A DNA stretch of 64,000 nt from a virus (lineage: Duplodnaviria > Caudoviricetes). The notes under the pieces are model-generated. The model had not been told where the DNA came from. It saw only the letters and a program-made list of their open reading frames with translations, and made no database searches. The stretch is taken from positions 64,001-128,000 of IMG/VR virus record IMGVR_UViG_3300044620_001883; one strand, given 5' to 3'. The position numbers and the translations under genes are program-made. Positions 37,593 through 47,556 of this stretch are shown in pieces; position 1 is the stretch's first letter; every line of letters starts with the position of its first letter.

Positions 37593-37752
37593 CCGCGTCC
37601 TGACAATCCAGCTGGAGAACAACACCAATGAAGGTGAGGAGCATGACGACGAAACGATCGTCGCCGAAGTGTTACGGCTGATGCGTACTGGATGTACGAG
37701 TGGGTTCTACCCGACGTGGAACATTGTCGACAAAAGCGAAACAACAGCATGA
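37585..37752 (+). CDS. small hypothetical protein
   Basis: ORF tiling. Confidence 0.5.
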   Translation: MSNRVLTIQLENNTNEGEEHDDETIVAEVLRLMRTGCTSGFYPTWNIVDKSETTA

Positions 37753-37925
37753 CAGGCATTCAGCCTCTACCAGCAAACACCCCGACGTTCCGGCGTGTGG
37801 TCTATGAAGCGGCCGAGCGTGTGACGCTTGTACAATCCGCGGCGGGCAAATGGGTGGACGTACTGGCCCATCGCGGGGCTGATCTGGTGTACATCACAAC
37901 TTTCCGGAATGAAAAAGAAGTTTAA
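37749..37925 (+). CDS. small hypothetical protein
   Basis: ATGA coupling. Confidence 0.45.
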   Translation: MTGIQPLPANTPTFRRVVYEAAERVTLVQSAAGKWVDVLAHRGADLVYITTFRNEKEV

Positions 37926-38334
37926 CCCGCGTCAGCCTGTGTCCATCTACAATGAATGGCCGGCAGACAAGTACCCGATCCGCAAAGGACGGGCGGTTTG
38001 GTTTGTTTGGAACACACTCCAGCTCGAATGCGGACATATTGCCTGGTACCATCCGGCACGTCACCGTGACCGCAGCTTCGTCATCAGCCCCGGCGCCGAT
38101 TTCTATAAAGTGAAGATTCGTGGGGATAATGAGGCCGTACATGTCTCGGCTAAGTGGGTACAACCCAAGACCCAAGCTGGCAGGAAGAATCTGCTACGTG
38201 CCTGCATAGTGCGCGCACGTTTGCGTCTGGAGGATGAGAAGGTCGCATTTGAGGAGCGAAAGTGGAGACTCGAAAGTGAGATCACAGCCTTGGAACGTCT
38301 GTTAGGACCAACCACCAAGAAAACCAGAAAATGA
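37909..38334 (+). CDS. hypothetical protein
   Basis: ORF tiling; coiled-coil end. Confidence 0.55.
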   Translation: MKKKFNPRQPVSIYNEWPADKYPIRKGRAVWFVWNTLQLECGHIAWYHPARHRDRSFVISPGADFYKVKIRGDNEAVHVSAKWVQPKTQAGRKNLLRACIVRARLRLEDEKVAFEERKWRLESEITALERLLGPTTKKTRK

Positions 38335-38726
38335 AACTTGTACTACAGATCAACGACAAGGCCATCAATGACACTGGCCGGGCACTAGCGGATCGTGGCT
38401 TCTCGATCACACCACCCCTCAATGAGGACTTCTGGCTATTTCGCGTGGCGGTATCGGAGGACCAGGCAATCGTCGGGTTCCCGAAGTTCATGCAGATTGG
38501 CATTGGGTTCCAGAAGGAAGCAGCGGATTGGAACACCAACCTGCCCAGCACCTGTGATGCCAAGATGATCTATGAGCACATTGAGGTTAACAAAGGTCAA
38601 GAACCCAAACGCCAGGATTGCATTAAGGCCATCGAGATGATCAAGGATTTCGTAGCTCAGATGGACAGGGCTGCCGCTGCGAAAGCAGAGGCAGAGGCTA
38701 CGCTGGAGGTACCAGCAAGAGCATGA
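38331..38726 (+). CDS. conserved phage hypothetical protein
   Basis: TPPLNEDFWLFRV...QAIVGFPKF..IGIGF...DWNTNLP. Confidence 0.65.
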   Translation: MKLVLQINDKAINDTGRALADRGFSITPPLNEDFWLFRVAVSEDQAIVGFPKFMQIGIGFQKEAADWNTNLPSTCDAKMIYEHIEVNKGQEPKRQDCIKAIEMIKDFVAQMDRAAAAKAEAEATLEVPARA

Positions 38727-39415
38727 ACGTACCCGTCAAAGGCACACCGTACCTGGGGCCTTGTCCTGGTTGTGGGGCAGAGCTGGACCCAGGTTGGGTT
38801 CGTGGTTGGCGTGGTTGGAAGTGTGGCAGCTTCAATGCCGCACATGCCTGGATGCCAGTCGATTTCAAACAGAGTATACCTTGCGCGGTATCGGTGTGGT
38901 GCCGTCGTGCTGAGATTGCAGAAGCCAAGCTAGAGGTGCTGACCAGCAAGAGCCCCACGCCCATCACGAAGCCATTGACCCGGCGAGACATGGATGAGGA
39001 TGGGTGGGTCTCAGGCATTGTTTCCGTCCACCTCAGTGATGCCGTCGACAACGACCTTGAGGGTTGGCTGGACCTGCTCAGCGAAGCACTGGTGGATGAT
39101 TCGCTCCTGATGGACATCACCTACAAGGTTGTGGGGCTAGGCGGCGGGGAGGATGAGTTGCTTGTCGAAGTCCGCGGGGATGCCTCGATGTCCTTCAAGG
39201 AAGAAGAGGAACCCGAGGACAAGCAGGAACCTGTGAATCCCTATGTCTGCGACAACTGCGGGTACACGGCTGCCGCGGACGATCTACCAGAAGCAAAGGA
39301 CCTCTGGCAACGGCTGACCCCAGGCGGGATCTACACGGACAAGGAATGTCCTGAATGCGGAGCCTTGTGCTTCCCGAAGAGCTGCGGATTGGAGAACACA
39401 GTTGCACTACAATGA
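38723..39415 (+). CDS. hypothetical multi-module protein with Zn ribbons
   Basis: CPGC at N-terminus; CDNC...CPEC at C-terminus. Confidence 0.6.
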   Translation: MNVPVKGTPYLGPCPGCGAELDPGWVRGWRGWKCGSFNAAHAWMPVDFKQSIPCAVSVWCRRAEIAEAKLEVLTSKSPTPITKPLTRRDMDEDGWVSGIVSVHLSDAVDNDLEGWLDLLSEALVDDSLLMDITYKVVGLGGGEDELLVEVRGDASMSFKEEEEPEDKQEPVNPYVCDNCGYTAAADDLPEAKDLWQRLTPGGIYTDKECPECGALCFPKSCGLENTVALQ

Positions 39416-40110
39416 CCCCGGAACAAAAGATGGATGATCTATCACGCAGGCTTGATGAAGCCCTGCAGGAAAGATTAGGCAAGGAACACGGCGTGCCTGG
39501 TGGGGATGGTATCCTCAAACTGGACATGAATATCCTGATGTGTCCGCCTCGGCGCAGTCAGCCGACGCTGCTCATGGAGCAGTTTATGCAGACCGCGCAG
39601 GAGTCCACGGGACTGCCTAGATCGTGGATCGCAAACACGGAGCTGGCGGAAGCCGATGCGCTCGTGCGGGCTGCCGGTGCTCCACTACTCCATCAGCAGG
39701 TCACGAATGCTCTTAAAGATGAGATCTCCCGAAAGTTCTCAGCAACCGTACAGAGCATCGCAGCCTCAATGCGGCACCAGTTCAGGTTCCCTAGGAGTAA
39801 GCGCCGGCGCATCCGGAAGAAGTGGGCCAAGAACCCGGCGAACTACCGGACAGGTAGCCACCCGGCTTTGAAGTTCTGGGAGCAGCCTGGACTCTACAGC
39901 TTCCTTGATAACTGTATCGTCGAGTCAGACTACCACGACAACCCCGGTGGAGAGGCAGACGTGGAACGGATCATTGATGGGCGTGATCCCTACCTGGACA
40001 AGGCCGCGAAGATATTCGGGGTAGCGCCTGAAGATGTCACGGAGGTGCAGCGGCATCTGGGCAAAACCCAGTATCTCTTGGACCACTACAGCCAACCTCC
40101 GAAGCCATGA
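39412..40110 (+). CDS. hypothetical protein with PolA-like C-terminal fragment
   Basis: HQFRFPRSKRRRIRKKWAK, then IVESDY...GRDPY..KAAKIFGVAPEDVTEVQRHLGK. Confidence 0.55.
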   Translation: MTPEQKMDDLSRRLDEALQERLGKEHGVPGGDGILKLDMNILMCPPRRSQPTLLMEQFMQTAQESTGLPRSWIANTELAEADALVRAAGAPLLHQQVTNALKDEISRKFSATVQSIAASMRHQFRFPRSKRRRIRKKWAKNPANYRTGSHPALKFWEQPGLYSFLDNCIVESDYHDNPGGEADVERIIDGRDPYLDKAAKIFGVAPEDVTEVQRHLGKTQYLLDHYSQPPKP

Positions 40111-40322
40111 GCACAAATCTGCACTGGTACATATGGGGTGCGAACGATCACCCCAGAAGAGTCGCCAGGTTTGCCGTTGAGGCTGAATCGGAGGAAGAAG
40201 CCAAGACGCGAGTCTGGAAACTCTACGATGATCACGACCACCGCCGTGAGACACAGCACCCCGCCAAGGTAGCTGATTCCCCGGATGCGCTGTTCGCGTG
40301 TGTACTGCACCACAGACCATGA
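40107..40322 (+). CDS. hypothetical protein
   Basis: ATGA coupling. Confidence 0.5.
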   Translation: MSTNLHWYIWGANDHPRRVARFAVEAESEEEAKTRVWKLYDDHDHRRETQHPAKVADSPDALFACVLHHRP

Positions 40323-42337
40323 AGACTAATTACATTCACCCAGGTGTCACGACTCGGCGTCGTGAACAGGTCGTCGTACACTTTGCCGGCGGTGGGGGTT
40401 CCTGTACTGGAATCGCGAATGCATTGGGGCGCTCCCCCAACCATGCCGTCAATCACGACAGCGCCGCGCTGGGGATGCACCGGGCCAACCATCCCGGCAC
40501 GCGACACCACATCGAGGATGTCTTTGATGTGGATCCGGCGCCGATCATCCAACAGGACGGGCCTGTGGGGTTGGCATGGTTCAGTCCATCCTGTACGCAC
40601 TTCAGCAAGGCCAAGGGTGGTCAGCCCCTGGATGCCCGCATTCGTGGGCTGACGCTCGTGATGCTGCGCTGGGCCAAGGCGGGTACGCGGTTGATGTTCA
40701 TGGAGAACGTCGAGGAGATCCGAACCTGGGGACCCTTGGTCAAGATGGTTAAGAACAAGATTCCCGGATGGTATCCGGACCCGCAGGCACGCGGGCGCAC
40801 CTGGCAGGCTTTCCTGGACTGCATGGGGGACGGGATATCACCCGACCATCCTGACTTACCGTTCTTCGCGGAGGTGCTGGCTGGGCAGGTGCATGTCGAC
40901 GAGATGATCAAGGGCTTCGGGTACAAGTTCGAGGCCCGTGAGTTGAGGGCTTGTGACTACGGAACCCCCACGATCCGTAAGCGTCTTTACGCTGTGTTCC
41001 GGAATGACGGGCGCCCAATCGTGTGGCCCAACCCCACGCATGCGGACCCTGCAACCCTACAGCCTGGGGACACCCGCAGGCCGTGGCATACCATGGCCGA
41101 ATGCGTCGACTGGGAGCGTCCCTGTCCTTCCATCTTCCTGCGCGGACAGGCGGCCAAGAAGGCACGGTGCAAGCGCCCTCTTGCGGACGCGACACTGGCC
41201 CGCATTGCCCGCGGGATCGACAAGTACGTGCTGAACAATACCAGACCATTCATTGTCTCGCTGACCCACCAGGGTGGTGACAGGGTCGAGAGCATCGACC
41301 TCCCGGCAAACACCATCACGGCAGCGCACCGGGGCGAGAAGGCTCTCGTGAGTGCAGTCGTGACCGAGTGTGCCAATGCCAGCTCAAAGCGGAACATGCC
41401 CGTAGATGAGCCAATGCGGACAGCCTGTGCGCATGTCAAGGGCGGACACTTCGCCCTGGTAACTGCCAGCGTGATGACAAACACGACAGGGCACAGCGGT
41501 GCGGATGCCCAAGCACCGTTACCCACAATCGCCACTGGCGGGCATCATGCCCTCGTTGCAACCAGTATGGTCAAACTGAGGGGTACCAACACCGGCGACG
41601 CCGTGGACACCCCCATGCACACCGCCAGCGCCGGGGGCACCCATCACGGACTCGTGGCGGCCTCCCTGGTCCAGACTGGCTACGGTGAGCGGGAAGGGCA
41701 GGAGCCTCGTGCTCTGGACATCGAGAAGCCACTGGGGACCGTGGTAGCTGGCGGCGGCAAGCATGCTCTCGTAGCCGCCTACGTGGCCCAGCACAACGGT
41801 GGCTTCAATGTCGTGGACGGGAAGCCGCTGGACAGCCCGGTATCTACCATCAACACCACCGGCAGCCAGCAAACCCTCGTGGCTGCCTCCGTGATGGCCT
41901 ACTACGGCACCGAAGCCGACGGGCAACATGTCAATGATCCCGCCCGCACCGTCACGACCAAATCCAGGATGGGGTTGGTCAACAGCGAGTTGGTGCCGAC
42001 CATGACTGAAGCGACCCGCCGGGACGCGCTTCGGGTAGCCAAGTTCCTCCGGTCCTACGGGGTTGAGTTCGAGGGTGAGTTCGCGACTGTCCAAGGTCTG
42101 GCCATCGTGGATATCGGACTCAGGATGTTTACACCCCGCGAGCTCTTCCGTGCATCTGGTTTTCCCGAGGGGTACATTATCAACCAGGCGATCTACCGGG
42201 AACCCACAACAGGTATGACGGTCGTCCGGGAGCTGACCAAGGAAGAGCAGATCCGGATGTGTGGTAACGCTGTGTGCCCTCCGGTCGCGGAGGCGCTTGT
42301 GCGCAGCAACGCTCCCGAGATGGTACACGCAGGATGA
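40319..42337 (+). CDS. DNA cytosine-5 methyltransferase
   Basis: FAGGGG (motif I), FSPSC (motif IV), MENVEE (motif VI), RKRLY (motif VIII), repeated P..T...G.H.LV units, RMCGNAVCPPVAEAL (motif X). Confidence 0.92.
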   Translation: MKTNYIHPGVTTRRREQVVVHFAGGGGSCTGIANALGRSPNHAVNHDSAALGMHRANHPGTRHHIEDVFDVDPAPIIQQDGPVGLAWFSPSCTHFSKAKGGQPLDARIRGLTLVMLRWAKAGTRLMFMENVEEIRTWGPLVKMVKNKIPGWYPDPQARGRTWQAFLDCMGDGISPDHPDLPFFAEVLAGQVHVDEMIKGFGYKFEARELRACDYGTPTIRKRLYAVFRNDGRPIVWPNPTHADPATLQPGDTRRPWHTMAECVDWERPCPSIFLRGQAAKKARCKRPLADATLARIARGIDKYVLNNTRPFIVSLTHQGGDRVESIDLPANTITAAHRGEKALVSAVVTECANASSKRNMPVDEPMRTACAHVKGGHFALVTASVMTNTTGHSGADAQAPLPTIATGGHHALVATSMVKLRGTNTGDAVDTPMHTASAGGTHHGLVAASLVQTGYGEREGQEPRALDIEKPLGTVVAGGGKHALVAAYVAQHNGGFNVVDGKPLDSPVSTINTTGSQQTLVAASVMAYYGTEADGQHVNDPARTVTTKSRMGLVNSELVPTMTEATRRDALRVAKFLRSYGVEFEGEFATVQGLAIVDIGLRMFTPRELFRASGFPEGYIINQAIYREPTTGMTVVRELTKEEQIRMCGNAVCPPVAEALVRSNAPEMVHAG

Positions 42338-42588
42338 GTGCAAAAAGCAAACACAACAGTACGGAGCTCGACGGAGTGTGTCGTGCGTGTCGTCGATCCA
42401 TCTCTTACCGAGATGGTGTGTGGTCACATGAGCATCGCACGTTTGACCTCCACCATGCAGCTGAACCAAGATCAAATCCGGAAGGTCCTGAGTGTTCAGG
42501 CCGGGTGGCCGTGCGTGAGCAAGGTGAACAATGGAGGCGCATGCTAGATGCAGCCGGATTCCCGGCAATTAGACAATGGACCCAATAA
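42334..42588 (+). CDS. hypothetical protein
   Basis: ATGA coupling. Confidence 0.5.
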   Translation: MSAKSKHNSTELDGVCRACRRSISYRDGVWSHEHRTFDLHHAAEPRSNPEGPECSGRVAVREQGEQWRRMLDAAGFPAIRQWTQ

Positions 42589-42992
42589 CCTTTGATGATT
42601 TTGAAACCTTCTACGAGGCCATGGTGGAAGCGGCGCTGTACACCAGCACAGACGAGCACTACAATATCGGTCTTGGTATGGCGAGGGACCGCTCCCTGCA
42701 GGCCTGTGGTTTTGACTTCAAGGACCTGACAGAGCGCGCACATCTGATCCTGCGTGCCCATGCGTTGAGCTTCTGGTCCAGGATGTGGTACTACCTTGAC
42801 CACGAGAAGCCAGTCGACAAACATCAGGTCAACCGCGCAGGGCGGCACTTCTGGTGCACCAGCCAAGGGGAAGGTGACGGTTTCTGGGATGGCGACTGGC
42901 CGGTTTACGGTGATATGTTCACAAGTCTGTCCAAGTGCTACCCAGCTGAGCTGAACTTGGAAGTAACAGCGGAGGGCGTTGATCTCACATGA
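42576..42992 (+). CDS. conserved phage hypothetical protein
   Basis: AGRHFWCTSQGEGDGFWDGDW. Confidence 0.65.
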   Translation: MDPITFDDFETFYEAMVEAALYTSTDEHYNIGLGMARDRSLQACGFDFKDLTERAHLILRAHALSFWSRMWYYLDHEKPVDKHQVNRAGRHFWCTSQGEGDGFWDGDWPVYGDMFTSLSKCYPAELNLEVTAEGVDLT

Positions 42993-43360
42993 GAACACCA
43001 AAATGGTTACGTGATAGATTACGCAAGTATCTACCTAGGCTGCTGAGTACACGCGTTACTGACACTGTGTACTTGGATGCTCTACCGCTTGCGTGGGATG
43101 TGGAGGAAATCCGGTGTCCGCAAGCGACACCCGGCAGCGTGTGGTGCCGACGCTACCTCAGGGAAGTAACGAGCCTTGAGATGCAGATTGGCTTTGAGTA
43201 CCTGCGGATCGGCGACACACACAGGTACCATGAAACCGAGCTGTGGTGTACTGTTGGCACGCCTGGCGCTTTTGATAATTACTACCGCACTCCATCAGGA
43301 CGTACTGTATGGCGGCGGCACCGCCCCACAGACTTGACTCGTAAATTGAGACTACCATGA
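42989..43360 (+). CDS. hypothetical protein
   Basis: ATGA coupling. Confidence 0.5.
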   Translation: MRTPKWLRDRLRKYLPRLLSTRVTDTVYLDALPLAWDVEEIRCPQATPGSVWCRRYLREVTSLEMQIGFEYLRIGDTHRYHETELWCTVGTPGAFDNYYRTPSGRTVWRRHRPTDLTRKLRLP

Positions 43361-43662
43361 AACAAAAACCCATACCCTGGTATCAAGTGCAGCGTGGTAA
43401 GCGCTACGAGCTGCAAAGTGTCACGTCACAGACCGAGGCACTGCAGGACCGAATAGGTGAACCTTTTGTACGCCAAATAGAAGACGAGTACTTTCAAGTG
43501 ACGGCGCTGCAGCGTCTGATGTTCAATGCCGCTAGAGCGGACAAACATCCGTTCACGGTGTGCAGCCGTTTCGCCACCGTGGAACCCGCTACTGCCGAGA
43601 ACCCGGAACATGTGAAGATCAGGTTTTGTCAGAACTACATTGTACTACGCGAAGTCCCATGA
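43357..43662 (+). CDS. hypothetical protein
   Basis: ATGA coupling. Confidence 0.55.
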   Translation: MKQKPIPWYQVQRGKRYELQSVTSQTEALQDRIGEPFVRQIEDEYFQVTALQRLMFNAARADKHPFTVCSRFATVEPATAENPEHVKIRFCQNYIVLREVP

Positions 43663-44120
43663 GCATGAAAAGCATCACAAATGGTGTGCCGGGCGAATAT
43701 GCCGAGCACTGGTTGGAGAAAATCACAAGCATCACTTGGATGTTGAATGGCAGACTGCACACTTGGGCACCGGGTCTGGACACCTTGGCGTTCCTGACCG
43801 AGTTCCCGGATCATGTCCGGATATCCGGGCTCTTGGAGTCGTCGGGATCGAGCTGGTGTGACAAGGCCTTCGTGTTCTGCTGCGCTGACTGCTTCGACCC
43901 ACCCCTGTACGTGCAGTTCGGTTCCAGCTTTGAAGACGCTCATGAGAGCTATCTGGACAACGACGAGTCACTCCTGATCACCGAGGAGGACCAGAAGGAC
44001 TACGTCATTGAAGGGGATAACCCGACCTGTGACTTCAACAGCGACGGGGAACCTGTGGACGCGGACAACGTGAAGGGTTCTGGACCTCTGACGCTCGTGA
44101 CCCTGAGGTTCAAGGTATGA
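43659..44120 (+). CDS. hypothetical protein
   Basis: ATGA coupling. Confidence 0.6.
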   Translation: MSMKSITNGVPGEYAEHWLEKITSITWMLNGRLHTWAPGLDTLAFLTEFPDHVRISGLLESSGSSWCDKAFVFCCADCFDPPLYVQFGSSFEDAHESYLDNDESLLITEEDQKDYVIEGDNPTCDFNSDGEPVDADNVKGSGPLTLVTLRFKV

Positions 44121-44386
44121 CCAGAGCGAATATGCAGTGCGTCCTTCAAGGACTCAACAACGTGACTGCGATCACATTGTGGATCGAGACACCGCTCAAG
44201 AAAGCCACACATGCCTGTATCTGCCGGTTCTACTACCAGCTGGATCCGTGGCGCAAAGGAGAAGCACCACACATCATCACCTGGGAAGACGGACCGGATA
44301 GCCTCAAGGCTCTGTTGGGACTACTGCGGCGTGTAAAGGTCAGGTATTCACTGGAGGTCAAGTATGAGCAAGATCATGACAGCTGA
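44117..44386 (+). CDS. hypothetical protein
   Basis: ATGA coupling. Confidence 0.5.
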   Translation: MTRANMQCVLQGLNNVTAITLWIETPLKKATHACICRFYYQLDPWRKGEAPHIITWEDGPDSLKALLGLLRRVKVRYSLEVKYEQDHDS

Positions 44387-44963
44387 CAAATTGTATGAGA
44401 TCATGTACAGCCACACCGAGGCAGTACGGGATTTGACGTATCAGTACATGCTGGACAACGGTGACAAAGAAACGGAGTGTCAACGCATTGGGATGATCAA
44501 CCGCATAAATGCGTTGGAGGCGCAGATGCGAGGGATCGACGATGCAGATTTGAAACCTGATGCGGAGGATGAAATACCCCTTACACGCCCGGAACCGTCA
44601 GTGACGTTGAAGCATATCGATGCCTGCTTCGCCTCTGAGGTACTGGCGGGCATGCAGGCTGCGTCGGCCAAAGACTACAAGGCGGCGAACCAACACCAAC
44701 TGCAGGCCGCCGCCATCAAGTACACGAGGAGCATCATAACCATGAGCCGCCCCACACCATTTGAGATCCAACATCTTGCCCAGTTTGAAGGTAAGACGGT
44801 AGCCAGAACCTATTTTGACGTTTCAGATGAGTTTGTACTGCCTGTGCTTGAGTTCACGGACGGGACATCTGCAATCATCTGGCGGGACCCCGAAAACAAT
44901 GGGCCTGGTCACATTGCTCTCTATGCTGAGAATGGTAACACCCTCCATCCTGAAGCGGCATGA
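44364..44963 (+). CDS. hypothetical protein
   Basis: C-terminal WRDPENNGPG motif. Confidence 0.6.
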   Translation: MSKIMTADKLYEIMYSHTEAVRDLTYQYMLDNGDKETECQRIGMINRINALEAQMRGIDDADLKPDAEDEIPLTRPEPSVTLKHIDACFASEVLAGMQAASAKDYKAANQHQLQAAAIKYTRSIITMSRPTPFEIQHLAQFEGKTVARTYFDVSDEFVLPVLEFTDGTSAIIWRDPENNGPGHIALYAENGNTLHPEAA

Positions 44964-45106
44964 GTACGGTAAAAGTTGAGTCAGGCTGCACTTACGTTCC
45001 AAACAGCAATGAACCCTGTACGACATGTCCGAGCCTGATTACATGTCTTTACATGTGCAAGCTCTTACAGGAAGTAACCAAGGAGACAGATGAGCCGGGA
45101 GAATAA
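44960..45106 (+). CDS. small Cys-rich peptide (48 aa, below track cut-off)
   Basis: ATGA coupling; five Cys. Confidence 0.4.
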   Translation: MSTVKVESGCTYVPNSNEPCTTCPSLITCLYMCKLLQEVTKETDEPGE

Positions 45107-45287
45107 ACGTCCACAGCACAGGGGCATCCCCATGGGGCGCATGGAACGACCAATCGACCCGCGTCCGATTGTCCACCAACCCACGCCCCGCGAAGTAGAT
45201 GAACACACACCTATTGAGGTGCGTAGAAGCGAAGTGGGGATGATCAACCTGCTGGAATCCAGGGGATACCGGATACGTCATGATTGA
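45090..45287 (+). CDS. small hypothetical protein
   Basis: ORF tiling. Confidence 0.45.
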   Translation: MSRENKRPQHRGIPMGRMERPIDPRPIVHQPTPREVDEHTPIEVRRSEVGMINLLESRGYRIRHD

Positions 45288-46089
45288 CCACATGCCTGAC
45301 CTGGCCTGCTATGACTGGATCGTGGTAAACAGCAGCGGGGGCAAGGACAGCCAGACGGCCCTGGAGGGCATTGTCCGGGCGGCGGACCGGCAGAGTGTGG
45401 ACCGATCCAGGATCGTCGTGAACCACCAGTGTCTCGGTGCCCAAGAGTGGCCCGGGACGCTGGATCTGGTGCGGCGCCAGGCAGCCCACTACGGACTGCG
45501 GGTCGAGGTGGCTTCCTACCGGGACAAGGACGGTGCAGCCCCCACGCTCCTGGACTACGTTCGGAAGCGGGGCAAGTGGCCCTCCAGCAAGCAGCGATTC
45601 TGCACCAGCGAGTTCAAGCGCGGCCCTGGTGGTCGTGTCCTGACCAAGCTGGCACGTGAAGTGCAAGGACCGTGCAAGATCCTGAGTGTCTTCGGGTTCC
45701 GGGCCGAGGAGTCTGCGGCGCGGGCCAAGCGGCAGCGCTTCTCTCTCAACACCCGCCACTCGACGAATACCCGGCAGGTCTGGGATTACCTGCCCATCCA
45801 TGACTGGACTGAGGAGCAGGTCTGGCAGGATATAAAAACTTCTGGCGTCCCTTATCATACAGTGTACGATCAGGGTATGAAGCGGCTGAGCTGTACGTAC
45901 TGCATCTTCGCACCCCGCAATGCACTCCTGACTGCCGCGTACTTGCGACCGGACATGTTGCAAGAGTACGTGGACTTGGAGCGGGAGATCGGGCATGATT
46001 TCCAGCACAACAAACCGATACGGTTGATCCAGGAGGCTATGTTGGCCGGCGAGAAACCCAAAGAGGACACAGAAAAATGGCGTATGTAG
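45280..46089 (+). CDS. PAPS reductase-family (PP-loop) protein
   Basis: VVNSSGGKDSQ PP-loop; FCTSEFKRGP; GFRAEESAAR; YLPIHDW; RLSCTYCIF. Confidence 0.85.
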   Translation: MIDHMPDLACYDWIVVNSSGGKDSQTALEGIVRAADRQSVDRSRIVVNHQCLGAQEWPGTLDLVRRQAAHYGLRVEVASYRDKDGAAPTLLDYVRKRGKWPSSKQRFCTSEFKRGPGGRVLTKLAREVQGPCKILSVFGFRAEESAARAKRQRFSLNTRHSTNTRQVWDYLPIHDWTEEQVWQDIKTSGVPYHTVYDQGMKRLSCTYCIFAPRNALLTAAYLRPDMLQEYVDLEREIGHDFQHNKPIRLIQEAMLAGEKPKEDTEKWRM

Positions 46090-46385
46090 AACCCGAACAA
46101 GCACCCCTGGAGACTGATTCGGGGGTGGTGTTACCACCAGAACCCGCGAGACGCCCCAGACTCTCAGGGATGTCAAGTATGCTGGGAATCGCGGCAATGA
46201 TGGGGGCACACATGTACTACCCAGGCTTCGGGCCCTGCGATCCCTTTGGGGGTGGTTCCTCGAGCCCGAAGCGGTACCGCCGCGGGCCCTGTCGGGTCTG
46301 TGGTAAACCGGATGTCGCGGCTGGTCGGCAGCGTGGTGTGTACTTGTGTGGTGAACATCTGCACCTGGAGCATGAAGCTCACTGA
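46077..46385 (+). CDS. hypothetical protein with Zn ribbon
   Basis: CRVC...YLCGEH. Confidence 0.5.
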   Translation: MAYVEPEQAPLETDSGVVLPPEPARRPRLSGMSSMLGIAAMMGAHMYYPGFGPCDPFGGGSSSPKRYRRGPCRVCGKPDVAAGRQRGVYLCGEHLHLEHEAH

Positions 46386-46605
46386 CTTACCTAAGCTAGG
46401 CCCTGGTTGGCATGCTGCTCTGGAGAGAGCCAGACTCCGGGAAGAGGTCCGGCGTGCCCGGTGGGAGAGACATCACAAACAGGAGATGACCTACGACGAG
46501 TTCGTGTTCCGGGAGGGTCTACAACGGGAAGTCGAGGAGAACCGCATGACACCTGAGCGTGCCCGCGAAGCACTGAAGAAATACTATGCCAGAAAGCATC
46601 AATGA
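46372..46605 (+). CDS. hypothetical protein
   Basis: ORF tiling. Confidence 0.5.
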   Translation: MKLTDLPKLGPGWHAALERARLREEVRRARWERHHKQEMTYDEFVFREGLQREVEENRMTPERAREALKKYYARKHQ

Positions 46606-46804
46606 AATCGCAGTCAAACTTCGTGGGGAGCACCGCGTAGTGGAAGGGCATATCGAACAACTCATTCGTCGGGCTGTAGCGATGGAGGCAGCGTTGGTGC
46701 AGATATCGGAATGTGACTTCAACGAGGACAACTGTGCGAGCTTTGATGTGGCGAACAGACGCCTCCACAACGTAGCGCGAGCGGGACTGAATCCTGGACC
46801 ATGA
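46586..46804 (+). CDS. hypothetical protein
   Basis: ORF tiling. Confidence 0.5.
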   Translation: MPESINEIAVKLRGEHRVVEGHIEQLIRRAVAMEAALVQISECDFNEDNCASFDVANRRLHNVARAGLNPGP

Positions 46805-47556
46805 GCAGCAAGAACAGCGAATCAGACGGGATAGCCACCTACATCGCGAAGGTTGGCGGAAAGTATCCGGAAGGCGCAGTCGTCTTCAATGCCAAGACCC
46901 AGACCTTCTACCCCATGGGTGGTGGTCCAGTCTATCGCGCCGGTCCAGACTTCCTGGAACGCTTCCGCGTTGTGACGGCTGAGGAAATGAAACCGACATG
47001 GCAGCCGGCGATGTTTGAGCTGGCTGGTGTCGGCAGATTCCGCGGCTACACCTGCGGGCAGGTTTGGAATGGGTGGGCCTGCCCCGTTTTTGACTATAAG
47101 ACTGCACGTTCCGTGCTGGAGAAGATGGGCGCTGCAGATCATGACTGTGGTACCATGAAATTCACGTGGGGCTTTAATCTCACGGAGGACGCCTTCTACC
47201 ATCACAGCCTGGATGATGGGATGACGGAATCAGCAGAGTGTCGCGAAGTGGGACAATTCATCCAGGTGAATGAGGGGACCCTGCTGGTGTACCCGATCGG
47301 CGCTCAGCAATGGTGTTGGGAGATTGTCGATCCAGACTGTCCCGGAGACTTCTGTGTGAAGTGCGGTGAAGTGATGTTGAGTGCCAGCCCCGTTGATGAA
47401 GATGATGGCTCTTGGCAGGGGTTGATTCAGATCCGGCAATCGGATGGACGTTTTGCCTGCGGATACCTGACCGAGTCCGAGATGCTGGAATTGAGCGAGC
47501 AGTTACTGGAGCTGGCGAGACAGATTCGCTGCAAACGAGGAGAACAAGGACCATGA
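46801..47556 (+). CDS. conserved phage hypothetical protein
   Basis: GYTCGQVWNGWACPVF...YPIGAQQWCWE. Confidence 0.65.
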   Translation: MSSKNSESDGIATYIAKVGGKYPEGAVVFNAKTQTFYPMGGGPVYRAGPDFLERFRVVTAEEMKPTWQPAMFELAGVGRFRGYTCGQVWNGWACPVFDYKTARSVLEKMGAADHDCGTMKFTWGFNLTEDAFYHHSLDDGMTESAECREVGQFIQVNEGTLLVYPIGAQQWCWEIVDPDCPGDFCVKCGEVMLSASPVDEDDGSWQGLIQIRQSDGRFACGYLTESEMLELSEQLLELARQIRCKRGEQGP

